Of a DNA stretch of 64,000 nucleotides, positions 1-12,550 are shown in pieces. Below the pieces are notes generated by a model. The model searched no databases, was not told the origin of the DNA, and saw only the letters and a program-made list of their open reading frames with translations. The translations under genes were made by a program, and so were the position numbers. Each line of letters opens with the position of its first letter. The stretch's first letter is position 1. Origin of the DNA: the human T2T-CHM13v2.0 reference genome, Homo sapiens; assembly GCF_009914755.1 (NCBI RefSeq), contig NC_060927.1; one strand, given 5' to 3'.

Positions 1-569
1 CACTGCAAGCACCTGCAACTATTTTTCTTCCCTATTTATTCTGCCTCTTTCCTTCCTTCCCTTTGTTCTGGGGCAAACATTAGCAGTTAAACTTATTTAG
101 CTATTAAAATTCTCATTCTATGTTTTAAGAAGATTATTTATGGGATGGAAAAATATTTATAACAAATAATTAGTGAAAACAGGTTTCAAAAAAAGTAGGT
201 AATGCATGATCCCAGTTTTACTGTGGAAAAGAAAGAATGTCTAGAAGAATATCAAAACATTAACAGGGATCTAAAGAGACATTATGCAATCAGGAGTGAT
301 TTTAATATGCTTTTTTTTGGTTTTAACTAAATCTTTCTCAATTTTACAAAAGAAACATTTGGTACTTAAAAATTACACATTATCAGGCCATTGCCATCAA
401 TTTGACAAACATTGGTTGCCTACATACTGTGGGACCTTGTAATGCATGCTAAAATAATATGAAAGGAAAGAGGGTTCCTTGTCTTCCATAGACTTACAGT
501 CTAGTTAGTTGGCCAGAAGACAAATAATATAGAGGTAGTCAAAATATGGTGAAAGATACTTCTAATTTT

Positions 570-2270
570 TAAATAAACTTATAAACATAGAGTACTTTTA
601 GATATACAGAAAAAATTGAGCAGACGGAACAGAGATCTCCTATAGAATCCACATCCACTTTCCTCTATTATCTTCTTATGTTAATATAGCACATTTGTCA
701 TAATTAATGAACTGATATTTATACACTACTATGAACTAATTCCCATCTTTTATTTAGATCTCCTTAGTTTTTCCTCTAATGCTCTTTTTCTGTTCCAGGA
801 TCCCATCCAGGATACCACATTACATTTAGTTGTCATATCTTCTTAGGATCCTCTAGGTTGTGACAATTTCTTAGACTTCTCTTGTATTTGATAACCTTGA
901 TAAATTTAAGGAGTACTTGTGAGGTATTTTGCAGAGTGTTTCTCAATGGGTGATATGGTTTGGCTCTGTGTCCGCACCCAAATCTCATCTCAAATTGTAA
1001 CCCCCATATATGTAGAAAGGGACCTGGTGGGAGGCGACTGGATCATGGGGACAGTTTCCCCCATACTGTTATGTGATAGTGAGTTCTCATGAGAGCTGAT
1101 GGTTTTGTAAGTGGTGGTTTTGCCTGCTCTCTTTTTATCCTGCTGCCTTGCGAAAAAGGTGCCTTGCTTCCTTTCATCTTTCACCATGATTGTAAGTTTC
1201 CTGAGGCCTCCCCAGCCATACAGCACTCTGAGTCAATTAAACCTCTTTATTAATTACTCAGTCTCAGGGAAGTTCTTTATAGCTGTGTGAAAACAGACTA
1301 ATACAATTAGGAGTTTGTCTGATATTTGTCTCATGATTAGACTGGAGTTACTGTTTTTTAAGAGGAAGATTACATAGACAATCTTTCACCATATGATATG
1401 CCACTTTCACCATATCATATCAAGGATGCATGTTTTCAACATGTCTTAATCACTGTTATTGTTAACCTTTGTCACCTGGTTGGCTGAGTTATTGTTTGTC
1501 AGTTTTCTCCAATGTAAAGTTACTATTTTTCCCCTATCCACACTGTAAATGCTCTTTGGAAGGAAGTCACTATGCATAGCTCACACTTAAGAAGTGAGGA
1601 GTGGTACTGCACCTGTTTAAGGGCACAGTATGCACATAAATTATTTGGAATTCTTCTCATGGGAGGTTTTGCTTCTCTACATGTATTTGTCTATTCAATT
1701 ATTTATGTATACTAGTATGGACTCATGGATGTTTATTTTATACTGTGGGTCATAAACCAATACTACTTTATTTACTTTGTTGCTGAAATTTTCTCAGCTT
1801 TGGCCACTGGGAGCTTTTTCACCGCCCCTGTGACATGCCCCCAGTGTTGTGGTGTGTGTGTGTGTGTGTGTATGTATGTGTGTGTTTTAGCACTTCCTTA
1901 TTTTCTGGTATTACAACATGCTCCAGGCTTATCTTGTATATTTCTTGCCTCAGTTCTAAAGTCAGCCATTTTTCCAAGGATCCCTGGTTCCCTTTGCTGG
2001 AGAATCATATTAGAAACCAAGACTTGGGCCCTAGGTGTGCTCATTGTTACTGAGGTATTGTTTTTAGGCTGTCTCAATTAACAAAGTAAGGCGATATATA
2101 CAGATCTACTAATCCAGCTATAAACATATAAGTATTTCTACATGTAACTCTCTGTATTTATACTAGGCTAAACATACATTCATACTGATGCTGCTGAGTC
2201 TAATTGATTACCACGTGGATCATTCTAGCCCCCTCTCCTTGTTTATTTGTAACCTCCCACTCTAATTAAT
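570..2270 (-). mobile_element. L1MC (L1MC3/4-like) 3' end, split by a THE1 LTR
   Basis: Motifs such as ttccaggatcccatccaggataccacattacatttagttgtcat and gaaggaagtcactatgcatagctcacacttaag; sequence resumes after 1305; (TG)n at ~1852-1885. Confidence 0.8.
951..1305 (+). mobile_element. THE1D-like MaLR solo LTR
   Basis: Starts tgatatggtttggctctgtgtcc, ends cagactaataca; typical internal ccatgattgtaagtttcctgaggcctccccagcc. Confidence 0.93.
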
Positions 2271-2286
2271 AGTAAGAAACCAACAA

Positions 2287-2378
2287 AATCATCAGAACCT
2301 CTGGAAATAGGGTCAATATCTCAACATGTTTCAAAGCTCCCAGTTATTCTAATATGCTGTCAGAATTGAGAGCCACTG
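2287..2378. mobile_element. MER5-like hAT-Charlie fragment
   Basis: aatcatcagaacctctgg...gttattctaatatgc...ttgagagccactg terminus. Confidence 0.6.
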
Positions 2379-2950
2379 ACCTTGTCAGATTATTCCAGTC
2401 CTCATTCCTACTTCTCCCATTCCTAGGCTTTGTCCTCAAGAAGTGTTTGAAAATATCTGTTGCTTAAATGAAGTTGAGGCTGAGGTTTGAGGTGATGTGG
2501 ACATGCTGTGGACATGGAAAGGAAGGAAGAGAAGAATTTGAGGATTAGGAGCAGAAGATGCTGCTAGAAAAAGAAGAGACAATCAAAAAAGTCGGACAAA
2601 AGAAGAGAGGTGAAGCCACTGTCTTCATGTACATGAACTAGATGTATATAAAGGTCTTTGCTCAACATTTTTCTATCTACACAGAAGCAAAAGGAGAAAA
2701 CACAGGCAAAAATTCCAGCAAGTATGCTTAGCTATAAAGAATAATTTCTTCACTGTAAAGATGTAAAAATAGAGAACAGTCTGTGAAACACTAGCCCCTG
2801 TGAATCTATTAAAAGCTCCTGCAGACATTGCGACTGAATTAGGTCAGCTGAAAAATGCAGTTTAGAAAGGGAGTTGGAACTGTTAAGAGAATGTTTTTCA
2901 GTCTTTCTTCTTCCAGACAGCACTTAATACCCTACTGGATCAAGACCCCC

Positions 2951-3348
2951 TATTCTGGTTTGAATGTGTCTTCAAAGTTCACTTGTTGGAAGCTTAATCC
3001 CTAATGCAACAGTGTTGGGAGGTGGGGCCTAATAAGAGGTGATTAGGTCATGAGGGCCCTGCCTTCAAGAATGGATTAATGTTGTTATCTTAGGAGTAGG
3101 TTATTTACTGAGAGAGTGGGTTCTTGATAAAAGGATGTGTTTGCCTCTCCCTTTCTCTTATGCCCCCTCAAACTCTCTTGCCCATCCATATTCTCCATGG
3201 GATGATGCAGCAAGAAGGCCTTTTCCAGATACAGGCCTCTCAACCTTTGACCTTCCAGCCTCTAGAACTGTAAGAAACAAATCTCTGTTCTTTGTAAATT
3301 ACCCAGTCTGTGGTATTCTGCTATAGCAATATAGAACAGACTAAGCCT
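2951..3348 (+). mobile_element. MSTD-like MaLR solo LTR
   Basis: ggtttgaatgtgtc...aatgcaacagtgttgggaggtggggcct...ttacccagtctgtggtattctg...gactaag. Confidence 0.88.
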
Positions 3349-3559
3349 TCTCCCATCCCAGCAACATGATTATTTACTGTGGGTTGCATTTGTAGGTAAG
3401 ATGGGCAGGTGACACCAAATCCCTGCCGAGCTTTAACCCTTTCTCTCCCACTCATCTACACATGCCTGTGAGCCTCACTGTGTCCCCTTATTCTCCCAGG
3501 AGAATGCAGTGCACTGCCTAGTGCGGGATGGGCTTAGTTGGACATCTGTCTCAACTGCA

Positions 3560-4450
3560 GCATCTTATGTCACTCTTTCCCTTTCCTCTGCAGCCACACT
3601 GATCTTTCACTTCTCCAAATATGTGCTCTTGCTCACCATGAGATTTTTGCACAAGCAGTTTCTTGCTTCTCCTTTATCTAGTTAACTTCTTCCCAACCGC
3701 TCAATCTCAGACCAAACATTACTTCCTCAGAGAAGCCCTCTCTGACTACATTGACTAAGTCAGTCTCCTTCGTCTTATGGCTTCATAGAAACATGTCCCT
3801 ATCCTGCAGAGCCTATGGATACATGATTGCTAGTTTTAGTCTTTGACTAGTATCTGTCTCTCCTTCCAGATTGTAAGTTCCTTTCCCAAAGTATAAAGGC
3901 ATTGTTCTGGTTTTTTATTGCTGCCTAACAAATCACCATAAAATGTAATGGCTTAAAACCACCACCACCACCACCATAATTTTGCACATGAATCTGCAGT
4001 TTGGCCAGGAGTTGGTGGGGACAGCTCATCTCTGCTCCATGTGTCTTCAGCTCCACTGGAGCTGGAGGATGCACTATGAGATGACTCTCCCAGAAGGCTG
4101 GTAGGGAGTTTTGACTATCGTTTCATCTGCACGTGGTGGCCTCTCTACTGGATTTCAAGAGCAAGTATCCCAAGAAAAAGAAAGTAGAGGTTGCAAGTTT
4201 CCTAAGGCTTGAGACTAGAAATTGACACAACATCATTTCTGCCATATTCTACTGGTCACCAGTCAAAAACTCAGATTCAGAGAGAGGAGACATAGAGCTC
4301 CCCTTTCCCTCAATGGAAGGAGTGTAAAAGAATTTGGGGGCCACGTTTTAAAAATACACAAGCATGATTTTTGTCTAGGTTCCTGTCTCATTCTCTCCTG
4401 AACATTTGGCACAAAGTCTGGAACAGAAGAGATACCAAGCTGAATGAGGA
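3560..4450 (+). mobile_element. L2 3' fragment split by an MLT1 LTR
   Basis: acttcctcagagaagccctctctgac and tgtctc..ccagattgtaagttcc before the LTR; L2 tail ending gctgaatga after it. Confidence 0.6.
3903..4360 (-). mobile_element. MLT1G/H-like solo LTR
   Basis: attgctgcctaacaaatcacca...catttctgccatattctactggtca; 5-bp TSD ggcat/agcat. Confidence 0.8.
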
Positions 4451-4949
4451 AATACACGAGCGGTGCTCTTTGTACCAGAGAATCTGTGGTTGGCCAGGAT
4501 ATTTTTGAACTGACCCAAGCTTTGTGATTTCTGAACTTTTCCTACAAGCCAACTTGTTACAGCAAACCAATACCTGGGTACCTCACTTAGGAGGACGCCA
4601 ATTTATTCAAGTGCACTCCTCGATTCCTGACTCTTTTTTCTGTGGTTGTGAGGGAAGATGGCAAACAAGTCACTCTCACAATTAGCAAAAATGGCAATTA
4701 CAGACGCTTGCCTGAAAACACAGTGTACTTTAAATTAGTTACACATGACTAATGCACGTAATACCCACCCACAGTTGACATTCAACACCACCCACAGCAG
4801 AGCCTGCAGCCGCTAATCTAAAACCACTGGGGAAATTAGCCTTGCATAAAGATAACCTGGGAAGAATCTACTCAGTTATGAATCCTGAAAGCAGCTTCCT
4901 TCCTTCATTCATTCCAACCCAGCTTTCTCCTACACTCATTGGCCTGATT

Positions 4950-5560
4950 ATAAATGGAAAACCCTTATTGAGCACCTACTATGCATCAGGCACCATATTA
5001 AATGCTTTGCAAACGTTGACTCATTTCATCCTCACAACAACCCATGAGCTTGTTTCTTTTTAAATCATCCCTCTGGTGGCAGATAGACACGAAGATGACC
5101 CCATGATGCCCACCTCCTGGTATTCATGCCTTCGTGTGATCCTCTCCCCTTTAGTGTGGGCAGAATCTGTGACAAAGGGAATGGGGTATGTGTGATCACA
5201 TTGTGCTTTTCATATGCTGAAGTCTCTCTCTTTCTGTCTTTATAGTTGACTTTGAAGAAGTTAGCTGCCATGAGTCCCATACCCAAAAGAAAATGAAATT
5301 TGCCAACAACCTGAGTGAGCTCGGAAGTGGGCTCTCCTCAGTCAAGCCTCCAGATGAGAACCAAGCCATGGCTCACACCTTGACTGCAGCCTGGCAGGTG
5401 ACCCAAGTAGGCACCAGACTCCTGGACCACAGAAACTGTGAGATCATAAATGTGAGTTGCTCTAAGCCACTAAGTTGTGTTACTTTGTGACGCAGCAGTA
5501 GCTAAAGAACACCCATTTTACAGGGAGGACACGTGGGATATTAACCATGTTGCTCAGGGA
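4950..5560 (-). mobile_element. MIR split by an MLT1 LTR
   Basis: ttattgagcacctactatgcatcaggcac...ctcatttcatcctcacaacaacc, resuming cccattttacag at ~5512. Confidence 0.75.
5072..5511 (+). mobile_element. MLT1E/F-like solo LTR
   Basis: cacctcctggtattcatgcc...gccaacaacctgagtgagct...agaaactgtgagatcataaatg. Confidence 0.82.
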
Positions 5561-5589
5561 ATCCCTGGGATTTAAATTGGTTCTTCCAA

Positions 5590-5830
5590 TAATAATAAGA
5601 GCTACTATTTCTGAGCCCTTACAACAAGCCAGGCATTGTGCCAGGTGCTTTACCCATGTTATTTCCTTTAATTCTCACAAAAATGTTGTGCAATAGGCAC
5701 TACTCTCATTTTACTTTATAGCTAAGTAAACTGAAATCGCAAAGGCTATTTGACCAAACTTACAGCTCTTTAGTGTTGAAACCAGGATATGAACCCAGGC
5801 AGCTTGACTCCAGAGCTCATTATTTACTCT
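5590..5830 (-). mobile_element. MIR
   Basis: aataataagagctact...ggatatgaacccaggcagcttgactccagagc. Confidence 0.8.
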
Positions 5831-6519
5831 TAATTCTCTATTCTTTTGCTTCCTGGAACAGTGCAAGTAACTGCAGGTTTATTCTGATAAAATGGGAAGG
5901 CTCAGCTCTCTAAACCAGGCTAGGATTCTCAGAGCTGAAGCTAGGCAAAGAAACTGAATGGAGAGGTAAACATTGTCTTCCCCAGTTGCAGATCCTAGAG
6001 GTAAGACAGTCATCAATGATGAATCCACAGCAAACAAAAGTCTGAGCCAAATATCCTAAGCAACATGAGGGCTCTGGGAGGGAGATTTAAAGTCTGAGTG
6101 AGGCAAGACCATGAAGACAGCACCCTCAGCAAGAATGTGGTTGGAGAAAGAGGGGGTACAATAGTCCTTTTGTAAGCTCAACTGCCTCCCTGCAACCTCA
6201 TAGGTACAGTCTTATGGTATAAATCTAGAGAAATTCTGCAGGTAAACTGGGCATGTCTGGGGAACCTAATCTGTTAGCCAGGAGCACCCTGTCAAATATG
6301 CATCTATGAAACAGACATGAGAACATAGTAGTATACACTCAGAATTGCTAGAGTGGCCTTACACCAGCTCTAGGGTAGAACCTGCCAGCATCACATGGCC
6401 TGGTCATTTCAAAAACCTTGCAGGAAAGCTAGAAGAGAAGGCCAGGTGGAAATGGGATCTAGGAGCTGCTGTAACTTGATTTAGCTTGGCCTAGATTCTG
6501 TCCGTTCTGATGATGTAAT

Positions 6520-6990
6520 AGGCTCTGTCCCCAAAGATGAGTGACACAGCCCCTGCCCTCAAGAAACTCACATTTGAGTAGAACACATAAAGGTCAGCAA
6601 ACCACTAGAAAACCAGAAAGTTTATATAAGCTAGAGCAGAGGTCCACATGAAATGTGGTGGGAGAAACTAACTCCAAATAGCAGAACTGGGGGAGGCTTC
6701 ATGAAGGTAGGATTCTGCATGATTCTAGAAAAGTGGTTAAGTATTAAATAGGCAGAAGCAAAGAGAAAGGTGGTGTACTGAAGGATATAGAGGTAAGAGA
6801 TAACAACAGTATTCATAGAGCAACAAGAAATAAGTTTGGCCACAGTGTGAGAAGCCAGGTAAACTAAGTAATGGGTTACAAAGGGAAAAAAAGGCTGGGG
6901 CCAGATTATCTAGGATTTGAAATGCAAAAAAAGGGGACATTAGATCATTATTATATAGTATGAGGAGTTCTAGAATATTTGAGAAGGAAA
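6520..6990 (-). mobile_element. L2 fragment
   Basis: cccctgccctcaagaaactcaca, gggaggcttcatgaagg, ggggccagattat. Confidence 0.55.
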
Positions 6991-7545
6991 GTATTTAAAC
7001 TTGCCTGACATTTAGGGAAACATCTTGTCTCCCTCATTTAATATAGTCCTGAATGAAAAGGGCGTTGTTTCTTAGAAAATTCTAAGGAACACTGATCACA
7101 TGCAAGTTTCCATAAGCCAAAGAGTCCTCTTATAAAACACGTATCAAAAATGCGTATATTCCTTGAAGATCTGCAATGCATGTTAAGATATTAGAACAGC
7201 TTGGATGTCCTGCAGTAGAAAAACCTATTTAACTCTGTTTCACTCAGTGTTTTCCCAACTACTTAATTACAAATTTCTTTCTATGACCAAGCATATCTTA
7301 CTATCTCTTGAAACTGTAGGACATGTTACCGCATGGGATGCATGCTCGGTGTTCTCCAGTTTTTCTACCAAAGAGCTTCTTAAGGTAATGCCCAAGTTCT
7401 TACTACTTCTTACAAGAAGGTTGAGAGGATGATATCTGTTTTGTGTTTAATGAGTGAGTTTCGCTAAAAGGGATGAACTGAGGATAACTCTACTAAGTGC
7501 CCTGTCATCTAAGAAAACATTGAGTCAGTCTTTTCTGCTTCAAAG

Positions 7546-7682
7546 ACCAGGAAACTTAGAGGTTTCACTGTTGTCCTAGCTATTTGAAGCTCCCAAATGG
7601 ACTTGTCTCAATACAAGTATCAGAGCATTCCACATTAATTACAAGTATCCATTAGAAGGCCCAGGAGTGGCTTTTCAGGCAG
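7546..7682 (+). pseudogene. Candidate fossil exon 1: decayed IQ motif
   Basis: Acceptor ttttctgcttcaaag, donor CAG|gtaaat (phase 0); ends ...EHSTLITSIH*KAQEWLFRQ, where single-base reversions give an IQxxARGWLFR-type IQ motif (7647-7679). Confidence 0.5.
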
Positions 7683-8025
7683 GTAAATGGGACCAGAACA
7701 GATCTATAAAAGCACAGGGCCTGATATAAATCAGACCAAAACTACCAAGGGGTCTTCACTGGGATCAGGAGCATGATTCAGCCATAAAACGATTCATAGC
7801 TTCTTCTTCCATATAAACATTTTGTGTCTCATGGAAGGATTCTTTACCATCTATTCCAGGCAACAGACCCAAAGATACAGCACAGAAAGGGAGCATAATT
7901 TGGCTATAAAAATGTTGTAATAAGTGATTTTATATAACTGAAATGCCAGTTCCTTTACTACATCCTCCCACTCATTTTACAACCAGTTAATATTTTTCTG
8001 AACTTTTGTGTTGTATTCCACTCAG

Positions 8026-8159
8026 CCGCCTCTGCAATCATTTTTGCCTATTTTTCTGCCAGAGCCACAAGAATAAAGCTGTCAGATGATCTGTGAAGCC
8101 ATTTTTCTTGTCTGGCAAATTGTCTAGAAGCAACCAGAACCTCCTACCTGCTCCACTAT
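8026..8159 (+). pseudogene. Candidate fossil exon 2
   Basis: Acceptor ttgtgttgtattccactcag, donor AT|gtaaga; 134 nt, phase 0 to 2 with no frameshift; PPLQSFLPIFLPEPQE*SCQMICEAIFLVWQIV*KQPEPPTCST. Confidence 0.5.
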
Positions 8160-8291
8160 GTAAGAGAAGAAGCCTGTCTTAACAAAACAGAATTAAAATA
8201 GTCTTTTGACCCACGTTATCTATAGGCATATAGAATGAAATAACTGAAAATATATTTCACTGACTTTTTTTTTTTTACCTTGCTCCAATAG

Positions 8292-8795
8292 GATTGAGGT
8301 GGATATTCTTGTTAAGCGGCCCTGGTGTTGACATGTTTAGAGAGATGTTATATAGCCCTCCAACAGGAATATCAAGATATTTGAACTGCAATAATAAATG
8401 TGGCTGCTCCTAGGGGAAGAAGGATACAGCAAGAAAGTGCCCCAGAAGAAGAAGATTAAGAACCGAAGTGAGCTAATGGTATACAGTGGTTAGGATTTGA
8501 ATGTGATTAGGATTTATAGTTTCAATTAGTGCCGGAGAACAATTTTAGAAAGTTATTAGCAAGCAACTGGCATTCGCAAAGATGGCTCATTTGTGTGTTG
8601 CTCAAGATTAGCTGGGTCTTTTAGTTGTTTACAAACACACATAGTGGCTTGTCTTGAATGTGTAGAAGTGACTGCAACATTACATACTCAGAGCTCTTTA
8701 GCAGAAATGAAGCCTAGAGCTTTGGTTTCTTACTATTCCTGTGTGGGCAAAGCAAAACTCAATTTTGCAACATTTTCTTTATTTCAAAAAAGAAG
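8292..8795 (+). pseudogene. Candidate fossil exon 3 with a second IQ-like motif
   Basis: Very strong acceptor (cactgac branch point, T12, ccttgctccaatag) and perfect donor AAG|gtaagt; one inferred frameshift near 8521; V*K*LQHYILR at 8660-8692; 13 stops, so the coding signal is weak alone. Confidence 0.55.
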
Positions 8796-9015
8796 GTAAG
8801 TTTCCCTACCTGTTCTAAACTCCAACATGCTATTTCAAATGAATAGCTTTCCCATTCAACAAACTCCTTCATATTTAAAAGTCTTAAGTGCCTCAAATAC
8901 TCCATGTTGTGTTGCCTAGAATACAAACTAATTTTTTAAATCTCCCTACTGGATTGTTTTCCACTGAAACCCATAAGTCTTTACATTGGACTGTATATAT
9001 TTTTCTCTTTTAAAG

Positions 9016-9383
9016 CCTTTGGGGCATTATTCATACAGGGCAAAAATTCTCAAATAGATTAGAATCCTGGTTGAGGCATCTGCAAACACAACAAAAAGCA
9101 CTCAGTCTCAGGGAGTTGAAAGCTGTGCCTGGTTTTGTTCATGTCAAAAGCCATGGAAGGTATTACATCACCTTGAGCCAGCAGACCTTGACCTTAGCCT
9201 CCCGCTGAGCAATGAGACAGTTTCCCCAGGCCCGGAATGTGAGAAATACAAAGGAACCCTTCCCACACACGGTGACATTAGGATTCCTCATGGGATGACA
9301 AGGCCTTGCTCCAGGGATGATGTTTCCCACTGTAGGAGAACAGCTACTGTCTTTGATGAACTGAGTCTACAGGGCTATTGAAG
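9016..9383 (+). pseudogene. Candidate fossil exon 4
   Basis: Acceptor tttttctcttttaaag, donor AAG|gtatgg; begins (A)FGALFIQ; 107 stop-free codons at 9058-9378; ends MMFPTVGEQLLSLMN*VYRAIE; two inferred frameshifts. Confidence 0.55.
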
Positions 9384-10387
9384 GTATGGTCTTTGATCTC
9401 AAAATTCAAGTGCTTACAAAATATCCATTTCTTTATTTTCTCTATTTTGTAACCTAACTAAAGATATTTCCTTATCTGAAAAACATACATTTTAAATACA
9501 AATATATATTTTCTGAAATCAGATTAATGTGTCTAAACCTTCGTTTCTTCAGCTGAGAAAAACTAGTGTGTGAAATGGAATCCGGGAGGCTTATCTGATA
9601 GAAAACAGGGCCAGAGACTGCTCACATTGACCAGTCCTATTCCACTGTGGACCTTTGAGCCTAAGCATTCTTCTATTATGCTACTTTGTCAATAAATGCA
9701 CTACTATGCACCCATTGCCTTCTGGGCTCTTATCTTCTTGTTTCCTAACCCTCCTATACATAAATAAATTTAATAGACTCAAGTACTTACACAGGTAAGA
9801 GAAGCTCAGATCTCAAGAGGATTTTGCTTTAAGGCCTGCAAAAATCCTAAGGCAAAGAGACAGCAAGGATTCAGCTCTCTTTGTGAGATGAGGAAGAAGA
9901 TAAGATAACTCAATCATGCTAATATCTCTAAAAATTTATCCTGCCTTTAGTCTGTTGCAGGTATAAAGAGTTCAGAGTTCTACTGTTCATTTTTCCCATT
10001 CCTATCTAGAAAATATTCGTCTTTCTCTCAGTTTTGATTATCTTTGGACTTGCTTGAGGAGGCAGGAATTTGAGCATGTGGGACTAGATTCTAGAACCAT
10101 GGAGAGTTAAGGACATGGTTTTGGTAGTGGTTATGAGTATGGAGCTGTGATGTCAACTCTGCCTTTAAGGATTATGACCTGGACATTGACCAATCAGATA
10201 GGCACCTATGAAATGAATGCTGACTGATACAGAAATGATTTTGCTGTACTGGTAAATACTGGCAGACTATTAGCTCAGAAATATTATACATGTTGGGTGA
10301 TTTGATTGAGCTAATTGGAATAGCATTCTATAACCAAGCCAGGAAAGATACTGAAAAAATATGCCTCTCTCCAAGTCAGAGATATTA

Positions 10388-10775
<388 letters not shown>

Positions 10776-10805
10776 CCCCAAATATATGTATATATGTATA
10801 CATAT

Positions 10806-10841
<36 letters not shown>

Positions 10842-10929
10842 ACACCTGTATCCATCCAAAGTTAAATAACAAATAATATGTTGACACGGCAATTTCAAAT
10901 CTACTCTTCAGAGATGTATCAACCAAACA

Positions 10930-11180
10930 GAGAGGGAGCTAAGGTTTTGATCCACCAACTCCAGTCAGCTGCTAATAGAAAGCTGCTCTGGGAATATTAA
11001 TTCTCTGGCACTTGCAGCCTGTTCCATGAATGTGCAAGCTGAATGGGCTCCCTTGACCAGAGAAAGCCCTTCGGCAAAGAGACACAGTAGCTCACCATTG
11101 GAAGTCTTTGGGTCTCCTGGCATGGAAATGGGGAGTGCTTAGGAAATACGGGCAGGCCAACACTGTCATGGTCTGCCGCA
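10930..11180 (-). mobile_element. LTR33-like ERVL LTR fragment
   Basis: ccaccaactccagtcagc...ccagagaaagccctt...ggaaatacgggcagg. Confidence 0.6.
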
Positions 11181-11379
11181 GGAGCCAGCTGCTCCAGGCT
11201 GTCTGCCCAGATTCAAGACCAATGGATGCAAGAAGACCCTCCCTTTCTAATAATTCTAATTAGTCTGACCAAAGTTCTGGAATGTAAATCTTATAGCCTC
11301 TAGTAGGTTCCAGTGCAATGCTGTGGTTAGTCAAGCTTGGGCCATGTGACACCAGCCCAAACCTCATGAGTAATTTTTT

Positions 11380-11565
11380 GTGTATCTCAAAATAGCTAGA
11401 AGAGAAGAACTGCAATGTTTCCAACACAAAGAAAAGATAAATGTTCAAGGTGATGGATATCCTAATGACCCTGATTTGATCATTAAATATTAGATATGTG
11501 TATCAAAATAAAACACACATCCCCAAAATACATACTAACATGACATATCATTTAAAATTTTAAAA
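11380..11565 (+). mobile_element. L1MA 3' end fragment
   Basis: caaaatagctagaagagaaga...ggtgatggatatcctaatgaccctgatttgatcatt. Confidence 0.85.
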
Positions 11566-12255
11566 CATACATAAGAAGAGTAGGGAAGGCTGATATCTCT
11601 TAGCACTTCAGATATTGGTATATTAGGAACAGGGTAGAATCAATACAAGGCAGAAAAAATAAACCCAAGAAAATGTGACTTGCTGATGTCGCAAGTACTG
11701 AAATATAGATACAGTCTTCTCATTGCCATGCAGCCATGAGTTGAAATCTCTTGGAACACATGACGGTACCTGAATCTCTAAAAGGCCAGTTGGTGGTGAT
11801 CACAGTGTTATCTAGCCCTCTGCCTGACACAATTTTTTTTTGTCCTGGGTTTTGGCTGTAGTGGTTGGGAGACCTTGGAAAAAAGAAATTCAGGTAAAAG
11901 GAGCCAAAAATTAAAACACAGAGGCAAATGTCAGCCTAGTTATTCTTTCATACAATAGAAGGGTGGAGGGGTTGTAGGAAATAATTGACTTTGTCAATGG
12001 GCAGCTTAGGATGGTCAGTATAGAAGACAATCTATTTTAGCTTTTACAATATAAAGGCTAAAGAGATTACAGACTTGATCTCCCTAAGAAAATAAAAATA
12101 GGGAGAGAGACTTAGAACCAACGAGCATTGAGAGATGCTTGGTTATATTAGTTATATCTTAGACACTGTAATATTTTATCAGTTCTGTGTCTGATCAATG
12201 ACAGAAGAGGCTATTTTGTTTCATTTAAAGTTTTTTATAAGAATCACATAACTGT

Positions 12256-12550
12256 GGCTGGGTGCGGTGGCTCAGGTCTGTAATCCCAGCACTTTGGGAG
12301 GCTGAGGCGGGTGGACCACGAGGTCAAGAGATCGAGACCATCCTGGCTAACGTGGTGAAACTCCGTCTCTACTAAAAATACAAAAAATTAGCCGGGCGTG
12401 GTGGCGGGCGCCTGTAGTCCCAGCTACTCGGGAGGCTGAGGCAGGCCTGAACTGGGAGGCGGAGCTTGCAGTGAGCCAAGATCGCCCCACTGCACTCCAG
12501 CCTGGGCGACAGAGCGACACTCCATCTCAAAAAAAAAAGAAAAAAAAAAA
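12256..12550 (+). mobile_element. AluY-like, small right-arm deletion
   Basis: CpG-rich, ggcggagcttgcagtgag; 17-bp TSD aagaatcacataactgt / aagaattacataactgt. Confidence 0.97.

Noticed and set aside
2916-3394. Acceptor and donor pair flanking the MSTD LTR
   Set aside because: No motif or phase link to the fossil gene could be shown.
7705-7735. TATAAAAG and TATAAAT boxes
   Set aside because: Common in AT-rich DNA; no other promoter evidence; falls in a predicted intron.
8593-8799. 68-aa frame-1 ORF in fossil exon 3
   Set aside because: No recognisable motif, and it would end in phase 2; frame 2 carries the IQ-like motif and fits the next exon. Not fully excluded.
9336-9383. 48-nt symmetric mini-exon using the acceptor at 9335
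   Set aside because: Phase-compatible, but the stronger acceptor at 9015 and the long open frame favour the larger exon; it could be an alternative site.
9580-10240. Cluster of GATA motifs
   Set aside because: Not clearly above expectation for AT-rich sequence without chromatin data.
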